Source: a virus
Lineage: Duplodnaviria > Heunggongvirae > Uroviricota > Caudoviricetes
Strand: one strand, 5' to 3'
DNA: 64,000 nucleotides
Virus record (IMG/VR): IMGVR_UViG_3300027608_000017
The translations under genes and the position numbers were made by a program. The notes under the pieces were generated by a model. It saw only the letters and a list, made by a program, of their open reading frames with translations. It did not search any database and was not told where the DNA came from. Position 1 is the stretch's first letter. Each line of letters begins with the position of its first letter. Shown piece after piece: positions 9,776 to 19,250 of the stretch.

Positions 9776-10216
9776 TCACGGCTGACTCGCGACGAGCTTC
9801 TTTTTGCGTCGCGAGTCCGAAGGGAACACCACGTCCACGATCACTGTGCCGGGGTTCGCCGCCTGCTGGGCCTTGGCGTGTTCGATGTCGTTGGTCTTGG
9901 CTATGGCGCAGTTGTGGGGAATGACGAGATACAAAGTGTCAGAGTCCGTTCTTTGAGAGTGGTAGTGGCAGAAATCTTGATCGCAAACATCGCGGGCCTG
10001 CTCACGGAGCGACTCCGCACGCCGTCCCATTTCGTCTTGAAATCGCCGCGAGAGTTCCAGCACCGGTGGGCCGGTGATGACGCCGCCGTAGAGGGTCTTT
10101 GATTCCAGTCTGGTGACGCAGATCGGGCAGATCGACCCGAGAATCAGATCGTGAACCCAGCCCGCCGTGGCGTCCGCAAACGGGCTGCTGATGTTGCAGT
10201 AGGAGCAATCGCTCAT
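9776..10216 (-). CDS. zinc-finger protein (CSYC...CPIC)
   Basis: ATG at 10216; upstream gene stop overlaps (ATGA). Confidence 0.45.
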   Translation of the reverse strand: MSDCSYCNISSPFADATAGWVHDLILGSICPICVTRLESKTLYGGVITGPPVLELSRRFQDEMGRRAESLREQARDVCDQDFCHYHSQRTDSDTLYLVIPHNCAIAKTNDIEHAKAQQAANPGTVIVDVVFPSDSRRKKKLVASQP

Positions 10217-10422
10217 GGCTTGTCCTTCAAGATCACGTTGCAGATTTCGATGAGCAGAGAACCATCCAGTGGGCCTTGCTTCAACATCAACATCATCCGC
10301 AGCCGCTGGACTTGCTTCGTCATCAACACGAGCTTGGCGCAAGTCCCCGTCATGCCGAGATGCTCGACCCACGGGACTCCACAAGATCGGCACGGCGGGA
10401 GGTCGTCAGGTTCGTCTTCCAT
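10213..10422 (-). CDS. small hypothetical protein with Cys pair
   Basis: 69 aa, translationally coupled to 9776..10216. Confidence 0.4.
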   Translation of the reverse strand: MEDEPDDLPPCRSCGVPWVEHLGMTGTCAKLVLMTKQVQRLRMMLMLKQGPLDGSLLIEICNVILKDKP

Positions 10423-10430
10423 GAAGTCAC

Positions 10431-10739
10431 CTACTCAATTGGGAATCGCGGCCGAACACCTTCCGACCAAAGCCTGCGGAACGTGTCTTCTCCGTCGTCG
10501 CCGCTCACCAGCCAATCGACGCGATGCACCATGTCGCCAACGCGACGCAGTTCGTGAGCCGTCTCGCGGAATCGAGCGAGGATGTCAGGCGGGAATGAGT
10601 CGTGGTGAGTGGGCGCGTACTTGGGGTCCACGTCCTCGTCGTACTCGATCGGCAATCCGCTGCGAGCGATCAGCTTGTCGAGCTGGTCCGCCATGTCCTC
10701 GAACCGATGCTGCTGATAGTCAAAGAATCCGCCGCTCAA
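10431..10739 (-). CDS. hypothetical acidic protein
   Basis: 102-aa ORF. Confidence 0.45.
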   Translation of the reverse strand: MSGGFFDYQQHRFEDMADQLDKLIARSGLPIEYDEDVDPKYAPTHHDSFPPDILARFRETAHELRRVGDMVHRVDWLVSGDDGEDTFRRLWSEGVRPRFPIE

Positions 10740-10757
10740 TTTCGCGTCTCCCCAAAA

Positions 10758-10800
10758 AACCGGCCGTGCGGGAGTTGAACCCGCCTACTGTTCTTCAACA
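10758..10800 (-). other. tRNA-like 3' fragment (T-arm GCGGGTTCAACTCCCGC plus 7-nt acceptor strand), followed by T6
   Basis: Canonical T-arm on the minus strand; no 5' acceptor partner or anticodon arm upstream, so not a full tRNA. Confidence 0.4.
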
Positions 10801-11144
10801 GCCACAACAAGATGCCCGCGCCACTGGCTTCGTGGCAGCTAACCACTACTGACTCCAGTGCCGCTTCCGGCAGAGATTGTCGCTGCGCTTCACCGCGAGC
10901 GCCCACGGCCACCAAACATCCTGTCGCGTCGATCCTTCGACGATCCCAACAATCCTTTCGGCCTCGTGCCGCTTAGGTACATCCGTGATTCATGGCCCGC
11001 ACCGCTTCCGACGCTGGGCAGGTTGGCCCGCGACGCGACTTGAGCAACAGACCTGCGGCGATCAGGCTCTCATCAGAGGCTTGACCCGCCAGCATCTGAC
11101 GGCGGAAGCAGGCCATGCACGCCGTGCAGACGCCGCGTCGCTCG

Positions 11145-11444
11145 CTATCTCGCACGCACTTCGGGACGAGACACTTGGAGCTTGAAGCGGGCTTCGAGGT
11201 TGCGCTGGGCTTGTGCGTAATCCGTCTGGTCATCTTTTCGATCCTTCGATGGTGCCTCGGGGGGGTTCTTCGCCGCTGGACGGAACGAGGCCGCGATCCA
11301 CGCCTCGGTCGTGCGGTAGCGCCCGCCGACCATGACCGCACACAGCAGGCCGGACTTCATCCAGCGCATGACCGTCTTCTCCGTGACGCCACAGATTTCG
11401 GCCGCTTGGCGAACTGTCGTTTGAGGCGTCATCGCTGCGTTCAT
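11145..11444 (-). CDS. xis: excisionase/AlpA-like HTH DNA-binding protein
   Basis: VRQAAEICGVTEKTVMRWMKSGLL...GGRYR matches excisionase-family HTH; next to the integrase. Confidence 0.55.
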   Translation of the reverse strand: MNAAMTPQTTVRQAAEICGVTEKTVMRWMKSGLLCAVMVGGRYRTTEAWIAASFRPAAKNPPEAPSKDRKDDQTDYAQAQRNLEARFKLQVSRPEVRAR

Positions 11445-11670
11445 GTCACGTTATCCTGTCGTTACCGTCGCGTTATCGTGATGATGTTTTTACAGAATGT
11501 TCTTAGATAAGTCAAACCATATTCTTTCCTCGCTCTCGCAGTGCCATTTGCTCTCTTGTTTTCGGGAAATCTCCGTAATGAGGCAAAATTCAATGGATAT
11601 TGCGGTAGCCGCCGCAATAATGTGACGAATCCGTTGCGTTTCCGTTATTTACTGATCACAGCGGAACTCA

Positions 11671-11731
11671 TGCGATTATGCGATTATGCGTGGGTATGTG
11701 GGTATGTGGGTATGTGGGTATGTGGGTATGG
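11671..11731. repeat. tandem repeats (GCGATTAT)x2.5 then (GGGTATGT)x5
   Basis: Perfect tandem octamers overlapping the start codon of the gene at 11728. Confidence 0.9.
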
Positions 11732-12072
11732 CTAAGAAAACGAAATCAGCAGAAACTCTCGTTGGAGCGGTTGCTCGCGCGATGCCGGATGGTCGCGTCA
11801 ATCCAGCCGACACCCGCAGGGGAATTGTCTCGATGCACGCTGTTTTGACAGACGTGCAGACGTGCCGAGATATCCTGGCGTACATCGAGGCCACGGCTAA
11901 GCTGGCGATCGACCGTGGTGCCGTCAGCTTGGAAACCGACGGCGTGACGCAGCTCGATGCGGCGAGGAAGCTCCTCGGCACGGCATCGGGGCATCTCGCC
12001 AAAGCCTACCTCAGCGACGTGGCATCACGGCGACCCCACAGCGAGACACACACAGTCACCGACACAGAATAG
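11728..12072 (+). CDS. hypothetical protein
   Basis: ATG at 11728; the ORF-track N-terminal extension is just a translation of the octamer repeats. Confidence 0.45.
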   Translation: MAKKTKSAETLVGAVARAMPDGRVNPADTRRGIVSMHAVLTDVQTCRDILAYIEATAKLAIDRGAVSLETDGVTQLDAARKLLGTASGHLAKAYLSDVASRRPHSETHTVTDTE

Positions 12073-12239
12073 CCACCCGGAATCTGAGACGCTTCTGAGA
12101 CGCTTTGCGAAGCACGAGAGACATGTCTAGCGGTTTTTTCATCATGTTCCCAACCAGACTGTCCGACACGCAAATGACGCAAATCACTCAAAAACAACAA
12201 CATACGTCAATTTTCGCCACAGAAACGGGTTGCTTCCCA

Positions 12240-12274
12240 AGCTTTAGACGGGGGTTCGATTCCCCTCACCCGCT
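12240..12274 (+). other. tRNA-like 3' fragment (GGGGGTTCGATTCCCCT T-arm plus CACCCGC acceptor); putative att core
   Basis: Perfect T-loop TTCGATT; no matching 5' half within 100 nt; 180 bp upstream of int. Confidence 0.45.
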
Positions 12275-12456
12275 TCGGTTTGCAATGTGTTGTGAGTGTT
12301 GATGTTGCGGCGAATCTTGGTAGTGAAATCTGACGGCGGGCTGAGACGGTTTTTTGGAGTGGTGAGACGCTTTCGGATGCAGCGGAAATTTGCCCGCAAC
12401 ATCCCGCAGCATCCCGCAATTTGTCCGCACAACATCCCGCAGCCAGTTGACTCGCC

Positions 12457-13668
12457 ATGAGGACGCCACCGACACAACTGAAGCAGGACAAGACCACTGG
12501 CCGCGCGTTTGCACGCTGGCAGGGCAAGAAAGTCTACTTCGGTAAGTGGGACACCGCCGAGGCTTCCAAGGCGTTCGGGGCTTGGCTGGCAGGGTTGCAC
12601 GCCACGCCGACGGCACCGGACCTGTCACAGAACCTGACCGTCTTGCAGTGCGTCGAGCAGTACCTCTACCACGCCGAGTCCTACTACTCGAAGGACGGGC
12701 AGACGACGCAGGAGTACCGGAACGTCTGCGCGGCGATGCAGACGCTGATCTGGCACGCGGGGGGGCCAAAGGATTTGGCGCGGGACTTCGGGCCACGGAA
12801 GCTGATCGCGCTCCAGAAGGCGATGGCGACTGAGACGGTTTCTGAGACGGTTTCGACGCTGCGATATGCGCGGAACACGATCAACTCGCGGATCGGCAAA
12901 ATCCGACGCTGCTTCCGCTGGTGCGCGGCACAGGAGCTGATCCCGGCCGAGATCGTGACAGCCTTGGAGATGGTGGACGGCGTGCCCGAAGGGCGTGGGA
13001 TGGCGCGGGAGTCGCCGGAGGTCGGGTCGGTCACGATCGCGACCGTGATCGCGACGTTGCCGCATCTCTCCCCCACTGTCGCGGCAATGGTGCAGGTCCA
13101 GCTCCTCTGTGGGATGCGCCCGCAGGACGTGTGTGGCATGACCTGGGGGCAGATCGATCGCACGGGCGATGTCTGGCTGTACCGCCCGCTGCGGCACAAG
13201 ATGCAGCACAAGCGGCAGTCGCTCGTGAAGGCGATCCCCGTCGCCGCGCAGCAACTGCTGACACCACTACTGCGGGAGGGACGCGACGAGCTGATCTTCT
13301 CGCCGGTCGATGCCAGCGAGTTCTGGCGGTCACAGGAGCGGAAGCCGCGCACAGTGCCGAAGGTGCGGGAGTGCGCGCGGGGGCCGTATGCGACCAGCGC
13401 CTACGGGCGAGCCGTGGTCTACGCCATCGCTCGGGCGAACAAGTCGGGCGCGACGGTGCCGCACTGGACGCCCAACCAGCTACGACACGCCATCGCCTCG
13501 CAGTTGCGGGGAACGAGCGGGATCGAGGCGGCGCAGGTGTTTCTCGGCCATGCCAAGCCCGACGCGACGCTCATTTATGCGGAGCAGTCGGAGGCGCGAT
13601 TGATTGAGATCGCGCGGGCGCTGGTTTCACCGCTTCCCAGTCCGTCTCCTGCGGCGAAAACTGACTGA
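12457..13668 (+). CDS. int: tyrosine-type site-specific integrase
   Basis: C-terminal box II LRHAIASQL...GIEAAQVFLGHAKPDATLIYAE with catalytic Tyr. Confidence 0.9.
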   Translation: MRTPPTQLKQDKTTGRAFARWQGKKVYFGKWDTAEASKAFGAWLAGLHATPTAPDLSQNLTVLQCVEQYLYHAESYYSKDGQTTQEYRNVCAAMQTLIWHAGGPKDLARDFGPRKLIALQKAMATETVSETVSTLRYARNTINSRIGKIRRCFRWCAAQELIPAEIVTALEMVDGVPEGRGMARESPEVGSVTIATVIATLPHLSPTVAAMVQVQLLCGMRPQDVCGMTWGQIDRTGDVWLYRPLRHKMQHKRQSLVKAIPVAAQQLLTPLLREGRDELIFSPVDASEFWRSQERKPRTVPKVRECARGPYATSAYGRAVVYAIARANKSGATVPHWTPNQLRHAIASQLRGTSGIEAAQVFLGHAKPDATLIYAEQSEARLIEIARALVSPLPSPSPAAKTD

Positions 13669-13834
13669 CCACGGCGATGTGCCCGGTCAGATCCTTGATC
13701 GCTCGCGCCGCAGACAGCGCCTCACTGGCCGAGGCGTAGACCGCCAACCCTACGCGCCAAAACGATGAGATACACATTGTGGCCCCTTTTGTATTCACAG
13801 CAATCCAGCACACCAGACAGGCGAGAGTCGAGCT

Positions 13835-13876
13835 GGCTTGAATTGGCTTGAATTGGCTTGAATTGGCTTGAATTGA
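13835..13876. repeat. tandem repeat (GGCTTGAATT)x4
   Basis: Four perfect decamers 165 bp downstream of the int stop; candidate arm-type binding sites. Confidence 0.9.
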
Positions 13877-14130
13877 TGATCAAAGAGTACGCAGCAGGAA
13901 ATCCGATTACCACAGTGGCTGGCTGGAATTAATGCGCCGCAGATTCGATGCAGCCGCTCAGGCCTCGCCGCCTACCATTGGGATCGCCTTGACGATTCCG
14001 TAAAGTCCTGGATACTGATGACGCCAGCCACACGAGCCGCCGTCGAAAATTCCTCTTGGAGCCAATGAAGGAGGTGATCTCACGATCAGCAATTCCGTGT
14101 GGCTGGCGCTTCTCTTTCTAAGGCAATCCC

Positions 14131-14625
14131 TTGCAAGTCAACTTCCAGAATCTCGGGCGTCACATCACTTGGCGCAACGGCTTGTTTGCCGCCGCCGCCC
14201 TCTTGGCTGTGGTCTGCGTGGCCAACGTCTCCGGCGCACGAGCCTACTCGGCCAGCGCGGAGGCCGACCCTGCGATTGCCCTACAGGGCTGGCTCTTGTC
14301 GGTCGCTCCCGGTGCCTTGGCGGCGCTGGCGGGCCTCGTGGCGAGCTTCCTCGGCGTGCCGCCCGAGTACGTCGCGGCGATGAAAGCCTTCGCGAAGAAT
14401 CCGGACCTCGAAGCGATCGAGAAGCGGGCCGTCAACGCCGCGTTCGAGTTCATTCTCCCTCGGTTCGGTAAGTACCCGGAGCTACTGATGTCGCTGCTCC
14501 GCACCATAGCCCCACAGTTCGTCAGCGATCCCGAAGTCGCGAAAGCCATCTCGGCCCTCGGGCAAGCATTGGCTAAGAACTTCCTGTCTATTCCGGCTCC
14601 AGAGTCTGAGGTGCGCAAGACGTGA
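14131..14625 (+). CDS. hypothetical membrane protein
   Basis: N-terminal helix LFAAAALLAVVCVANV, helical C-terminus. Confidence 0.5.
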   Translation: MQVNFQNLGRHITWRNGLFAAAALLAVVCVANVSGARAYSASAEADPAIALQGWLLSVAPGALAALAGLVASFLGVPPEYVAAMKAFAKNPDLEAIEKRAVNAAFEFILPRFGKYPELLMSLLRTIAPQFVSDPEVAKAISALGQALAKNFLSIPAPESEVRKT

Positions 14626-14694
14626 TCGAGGCGACGCGCGAAGCGGAAGACGGGTTGTACCGGTTGTGTTACAGGCTCCAGTGGAAATCGGATC

Positions 14695-15096
14695 ATGCGG
14701 CGAATTGTTCCGTGCCTAATTTTTGTGCTGGTGGGCTGCTTTCAGCCAGCACTGCCAGTGCGCCAGTTCGATCCCACGCGGCCCGCGACGCCGACGCCGA
14801 TCGTTGTGACGCCACAACTGCGCGACGACGTGTTCCATCCCGCCAGTCAGTCCCAGTCACTGGCTCGGCTCGCCCAGAGGCAGTCTGAATCCGCTTCGGT
14901 CACGGATGGATCACGCCGACTCGATGCCGTGCTGAACGAGTTGGTGCGCGATGGCGTCCCCGCCGACTACTGCGCCCGCGTGCGGCTGGCGGTCACGGAT
15001 GACACCGGCAAGCCGGTAATCCGCGTCGCGACGAAGCTGGCCCCCGCCCGCAATCTCACCGAGGCGGAAATCAAGAAACTTGAGGCCGCGCGATGA
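14695..15096 (+). CDS. putative lipoprotein
   Basis: Signal peptide with lipobox-like LVGC. Confidence 0.5.
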   Translation: MRRIVPCLIFVLVGCFQPALPVRQFDPTRPATPTPIVVTPQLRDDVFHPASQSQSLARLAQRQSESASVTDGSRRLDAVLNELVRDGVPADYCARVRLAVTDDTGKPVIRVATKLAPARNLTEAEIKKLEAAR

Positions 15097-15554
15097 TCGA
15101 CGCCGGAACCAGTGTCGCGATTCGCTGGCTCGTGCAACGCGACCTGAAGGCCGTGGTGACGATCGAAGACAAGTGCTTTGCGTTCACTTGGTCCGCTGCG
15201 GACTTTCTGGAATGCCTGCGACAGCGCAACGCCATCGGGATGGTGGCGACGCGGGATGAGCGTGTGGTGGGGTTCATGGTCTACGAACTGCGCAAATCAG
15301 AACTACACATCCTGAACTTTGCGGTGGACCCCGAGTTGATGCGCACCGGCGTCGGCACGGCGATGCTCGACAAGCTGAAAGAGAAGATTCGGCAGCAGCG
15401 GCGGACGGTGATTACGGTCGGAGTGCGCGAGTCGAATCTCGCCGCCCAACTGTTCTTTCGCAACGCCGACTTCCTTTGCATCGGCACGGTGCGCGGATTC
15501 TACCAGCAGACCGACGAAGACGCCTACATTTTTCGTTGGGCGTTGCCCGTGTAA
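15093..15554 (+). CDS. GNAT family N-acetyltransferase (RimI-like)
   Basis: Acetyl-CoA motif RTGVGTAMLDKL; ATGA overlap with the upstream gene. Confidence 0.75.
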   Translation: MIDAGTSVAIRWLVQRDLKAVVTIEDKCFAFTWSAADFLECLRQRNAIGMVATRDERVVGFMVYELRKSELHILNFAVDPELMRTGVGTAMLDKLKEKIRQQRRTVITVGVRESNLAAQLFFRNADFLCIGTVRGFYQQTDEDAYIFRWALPV

Positions 15555-15557
15555 GGA

Positions 15558-16577
15558 GTGGCGATGGCCGACTTTTCAGATTTCCCAACCGGCTACGTGG
15601 ACTCCCCCAAGGCGCGCGAGGTCCAGCTCGATGCGTTCGCAGCGGCGGGCGTAGACCTGACGACGCGCACCGTGGCGGGCGAGTTCCAGCGGCTCGTCTC
15701 ACAGGGTGTCTCCTACGTCAATCTCCATGACGCCGAGGCGGACTTCATCCGTGGCGCGGGAGCGGGGCTAGTCCGTTCTCTGCGCAACATCACCCCCTGC
15801 GGGATTCTGGAGCCGTTCGGCCAGCAGACCGGCATCTGCAACGGGTGCAGTCACTCGACGGGTGCCTGGCTGTCGTGGTGCAACCGGTTCGTGGCGTCGG
15901 GGGACTGTCCGACGCCGCGTGAAGTGACGTTTCTGGGCGGATACTTGCTCGGCCGCGAGCTGACGATGCTGTCACGAGGCGACTCCGGGGCGTTCCCGTC
16001 GTACACCATCGCCGGGTTTCACGACTTCGGCGTGTTGCCCGTGGACTGTGGCGGCAAGTTCAACTTCCGCGCACTGCCGCCCCACGGACCCACCAGCCAA
16101 GAGTCGCTCTGCGTGCAAATGCGCGACCGACCGGCCCTCTATCCCGAGTGGCTCGAAGCGATGCACCCGCTCAAGACCCGCGTCTTCCAGCCGACGAACG
16201 AAGCGGCCGTGCTGGACTGTCTCGCCAGCCGGTATGCCGTCACGTTTGGCTCGTCGTATCAGGCGCGGGACTCGTCGCGTGCCAATCCCGTGTCGGCGCT
16301 CTACATGCTCACCGATGGCTGGGGGCGACCGGCCGGACACGAGACGTGCGGGAGCGGTTTCTTCGTCTATCGCGGCCGCGCGGGCCTGCTCAAGACCGAG
16401 TCATGGTGGAACGCCAATCAGTACCCCGGCGGCGACCATCACGAGAAGCGGGTCGTGATCCAGACCGACAGCGGACCCCGCCAGTTGTATCGCGGCCAGT
16501 GCGCCATCTGGGCGGACGAGTGGCTGCGATCGAAACCAGAATCATGGGCCGTCGGCTGGCCGGGATCGGCGGCATGA
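15558..16577 (+). CDS. hypothetical protein, Cys-rich, with GDSGAF motif
   Basis: 339-aa ORF. Confidence 0.5.
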   Translation: MAMADFSDFPTGYVDSPKAREVQLDAFAAAGVDLTTRTVAGEFQRLVSQGVSYVNLHDAEADFIRGAGAGLVRSLRNITPCGILEPFGQQTGICNGCSHSTGAWLSWCNRFVASGDCPTPREVTFLGGYLLGRELTMLSRGDSGAFPSYTIAGFHDFGVLPVDCGGKFNFRALPPHGPTSQESLCVQMRDRPALYPEWLEAMHPLKTRVFQPTNEAAVLDCLASRYAVTFGSSYQARDSSRANPVSALYMLTDGWGRPAGHETCGSGFFVYRGRAGLLKTESWWNANQYPGGDHHEKRVVIQTDSGPRQLYRGQCAIWADEWLRSKPESWAVGWPGSAA

Positions 16578-16972
16578 GCAAGCCGACACCCGCCCCCGGT
16601 GCGAGACGACTGGCCCGCTTCGGCGATCGGTCGAAGTACGGCAAGCGACACGTTCCCGGCGTGATGAACGCCACGGAGTCGCGGTACGCCGAAGTGCTGC
16701 AACTCAAGAAGCTAAGCGGTGAAGTCCTTGAATGGCTGTTCGAGGCCCAGACCTTCAAGTTGGCCGACGACTGCCGCTTCACGCCCGATTTCATGGTGTT
16801 GTACGCCGACGGCACGATTCAGTTCGTGGATGTCAAAGGGGGCGGGCCGATCGACCCCAAGAGCGTCGTCAAGGTGAAGTGCGCCGCCGAGAAGTTCTGG
16901 TGCTACCGGTGGTCGGTGGCCAAGGCCCGCACCAAGAAGGACGGCGGCGGTTTCGAGATCACGGATTACTAA
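16574..16972 (+). CDS. DUF1064-like PD-(D/E)XK nuclease (putative resolvase)
   Basis: ATG overlaps the upstream stop (ATGA); YAEVLQLKK..EVL.W.FEAQTFKLADDCRFTPDFMVLYADGTIQFVDVKGG matches DUF1064. Confidence 0.55.
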   Translation: MSKPTPAPGARRLARFGDRSKYGKRHVPGVMNATESRYAEVLQLKKLSGEVLEWLFEAQTFKLADDCRFTPDFMVLYADGTIQFVDVKGGGPIDPKSVVKVKCAAEKFWCYRWSVAKARTKKDGGGFEITDY

Positions 16973-16987
16973 CAGAAGGGCTTTGAA

Positions 16988-18790
16988 GTGACCGAGCAAC
17001 CTCAACGACAGATCGCTTCCCCGTGGATGTGGTGGTTCGTCACCTTCGCCATCCTGTTCTACGCCACCTCCTGCTACGGCGATCCCTACGACGCGCGGAC
17101 CCGCACCGCCGCCGCCAAGGTGGCCTCCGAGGCTGCCGATCAACCGATTCTGCCCGATGCCCCGCCCAACGTGCGGTTGAGCATCAAGCGGATGGCCGTC
17201 GCGGCTGTCGGCCCCGAGGCAGAGGAGCAAGGCGTCTGCCCGGAAGAAGCGTCGGTGCTGATCTCGATCAACGGCCGACTGCATGGCAGCGGGGTCTACG
17301 TGATGCACAATGGCGTGCCGCTGTTACTGACGGCGGCGCACGTCGTCGAGGAGCATCGCGAGCCGTTCGTCATCAAGGCGGGGGACGCGGTAGCGCAGCG
17401 CGTGCTGGTCGATCACAAGACGGACATCGCCGTGCTGTACGCTGGCCCTCATGCGGCCATTGAACTGGCTCCCGCCGATCCGGCGCGCGGCGACGCCGTG
17501 ACGACATGGGGCATGGACAAACACAGCACGCTGTCCGAGGTCGCAGATGTGGTGGCGGACGTGCTGGAAAACAGCGGCTGGCGTGACCTGCCGGGAATCT
17601 CCTGCCAGACCTTTCCGCCACTCGGGCGCTCGGGCGGCGGGCTGTTCCGCAATGGGGCGCTCGTGGGCGTGTTGCACTTCCGCGATCCCGCGCCACGCTC
17701 CGGGGTCTACTCGCGTCTCGCCACGCTCCGCAGCGTGTTGGAGCGCGTGAATCTCTCGGGCCGTCGGCGAGCCGTGGTCTATACCGGCGAGGACGTGCAT
17801 GGGAGCAACTGGTGCGTGAACTGCCCGGCCCTCAAGGCCAAGCTGCGCGAGGGCAACGAATCACTCGACATCACCTACAGCCGGGCCGTTGCTCCCGGTG
17901 ACGTGCAACTGTACCCCGCCGTCCGGTTCGTGGACCTCACGGGGACCGAGTGCTATCCCGCACGTCCCGTCGGCGGCAAACTGGAGTACCACACCGTCGC
18001 CAGTTGCGGGGAACTGCTGGAGTTCATCGAACGGAGCAACCCGCCGTGCCGGATCCCGGCCCCCGTGGCAGGCATGGGTGGACGCCGACGGGAGCAACGT
18101 GAGCAGCAGGGCCGGGCCGCGTTGTCGATGCAGGGCCGCGACCGTGTGATTGCCGCCATCGCCTACGCCCAACAGTGGGTGCCCGATTCGGAAGGCGTCA
18201 CTGATCTCCAGCAACTGGCCGACGCAACCGTCTCCCTGACGTGGCAACGCAACGGGGCGAGCAAGCTCCCGCTCTTGGCCGCCGAGCAGTGGACATCTGT
18301 ACAGTTGTTCGGGACGCACGGTCACTTCCGGTTCATCACCCCCAAGGGGTCAACGCCGGTGCGCGAGTTCGGGACCGGCTACCAATTGCGAACGCGGCCT
18401 GACGGGGGCGAGACGGTGCATCTGACGCCCGACCCGGTGGACATCGACCTGCGGGCACCAGGCGAAGCCCCGTCGTCGTCATCCGAGGCGTGTGGCTTCG
18501 ATCCGATCACGCTCGGGCTGACGGTCATCAACGTGATCTCGGGTCTGTGGCAACTGGCTCATCCTGAGTTTTCGCTCACGTTGGGACCGGATATCGAGGT
18601 GACGGGCCGCATCAGCGGTGAGTCGCTACTCGTCGGCTTCAATTCTGATTGCCCGTCGATCGAGGCCAAGGCATGGTTCCTCCGCGCCACGTTGCGCGTC
18701 ACGTCGGTCGAGGTCTCGCCGGAGCGAGTCCGGTTCCGGTTCGAGAAGAACTGGACGGGGATTACTCAGCGCGATTTGATCGTCGAGTAA
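16988..18790 (+). CDS. membrane-anchored trypsin-like serine protease with about 300-aa C-terminal domain
   Basis: N-terminal TM helix; LLTAAHVV (His), DIAVL (Asp), GRSGGGLF (Ser). Confidence 0.7.
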   Translation: MTEQPQRQIASPWMWWFVTFAILFYATSCYGDPYDARTRTAAAKVASEAADQPILPDAPPNVRLSIKRMAVAAVGPEAEEQGVCPEEASVLISINGRLHGSGVYVMHNGVPLLLTAAHVVEEHREPFVIKAGDAVAQRVLVDHKTDIAVLYAGPHAAIELAPADPARGDAVTTWGMDKHSTLSEVADVVADVLENSGWRDLPGISCQTFPPLGRSGGGLFRNGALVGVLHFRDPAPRSGVYSRLATLRSVLERVNLSGRRRAVVYTGEDVHGSNWCVNCPALKAKLREGNESLDITYSRAVAPGDVQLYPAVRFVDLTGTECYPARPVGGKLEYHTVASCGELLEFIERSNPPCRIPAPVAGMGGRRREQREQQGRAALSMQGRDRVIAAIAYAQQWVPDSEGVTDLQQLADATVSLTWQRNGASKLPLLAAEQWTSVQLFGTHGHFRFITPKGSTPVREFGTGYQLRTRPDGGETVHLTPDPVDIDLRAPGEAPSSSSEACGFDPITLGLTVINVISGLWQLAHPEFSLTLGPDIEVTGRISGESLLVGFNSDCPSIEAKAWFLRATLRVTSVEVSPERVRFRFEKNWTGITQRDLIVE

Positions 18791-18995
18791 GTCGCGCAGC
18801 TTGTCGTTCGCGGCGTCGAGTGCTGTGAGAAGTGCGTGTCGGTCGCGGATGCCATCCGTGGCAAGATCAAGGTAGTCACCGAAGACGTGAATTTTCCCGC
18901 TATCGGCAACGCGGTCGGGGTGATGTGCAATGGCATCTCTCGCGCGAATCGCCTCAATCTCTGCCGCTGTTGGGGTAGTCATTTTCGTCGTCCTT

Positions 18996-19250
18996 CTATG
19001 GTTGGTCGTAGGAAGGGTCATCCATCACGCGGTAACAGTGGTTCGGCGTCTCCGGTGTCGAGCGGTCCACGCCGATCACATTGACCCAGTGATTCCATGC
19101 TTCATCGGAGAGTAGATTGGCTGTCTCGACTGCAATACATAGCGATCGGACGCTACGGCTGTGCTGATCGCATCTCTCTCGCACCGCCCATGCCGCTAGG
19201 AAGCTGGCCGCGAACTGTCGCTTGAATTCAGCTTCATCTCGTTCGTGCAT
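18996..19250 (-). CDS. hypothetical protein (84 aa)
   Basis: ATG at 19250 with GGAGAC 8 nt upstream; the rest of ORF 18996..19697 has non-protein-like composition. Confidence 0.4.
   Translation of the reverse strand: MHERDEAEFKRQFAASFLAAWAVRERCDQHSRSVRSLCIAVETANLLSDEAWNHWVNVIGVDRSTPETPNHCYRVMDDPSYDQP

Noticed and set aside
10758-12274. Complete tRNA or tmRNA genes
   Set aside because: Both candidates have excellent T-arms and 3' acceptor strands, but no complementary 5' acceptor strand, D-arm or anticodon arm could be found upstream. They are therefore called 3' fragments. A tRNA covariance search would settle it.
12207-13352. Several long minus-strand ORFs (12266..12796, 12625..13254, 12684..13352) overlapping the integrase region
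   Set aside because: They have Arg/Pro/Ala-rich composition typical of out-of-frame translation of high-GC DNA. The integrase frame has clear catalytic motifs.
13571-13813. 80-aa minus-strand ORF overlapping the integrase 3' end
   Set aside because: It overlaps the conserved integrase C-terminus by about 100 nt on the opposite strand and has no RBS; likely spurious.
11671-13876. Tandem repeats as a possible CRISPR array
   Set aside because: The units are 8-10 bp perfect tandem copies without spacers, so they are not CRISPR. They are more consistent with protein-binding arm sites.
16712-17800. Minus-strand ORFs 16712..17308 and 17324..17800 inside the protease gene, and plus-strand ORFs 17023..17463, 17547..17750
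   Set aside because: Gly/Arg/Ala-rich antisense or alternate-frame artifacts; the protease frame carries the His/Asp/Ser triad motifs.
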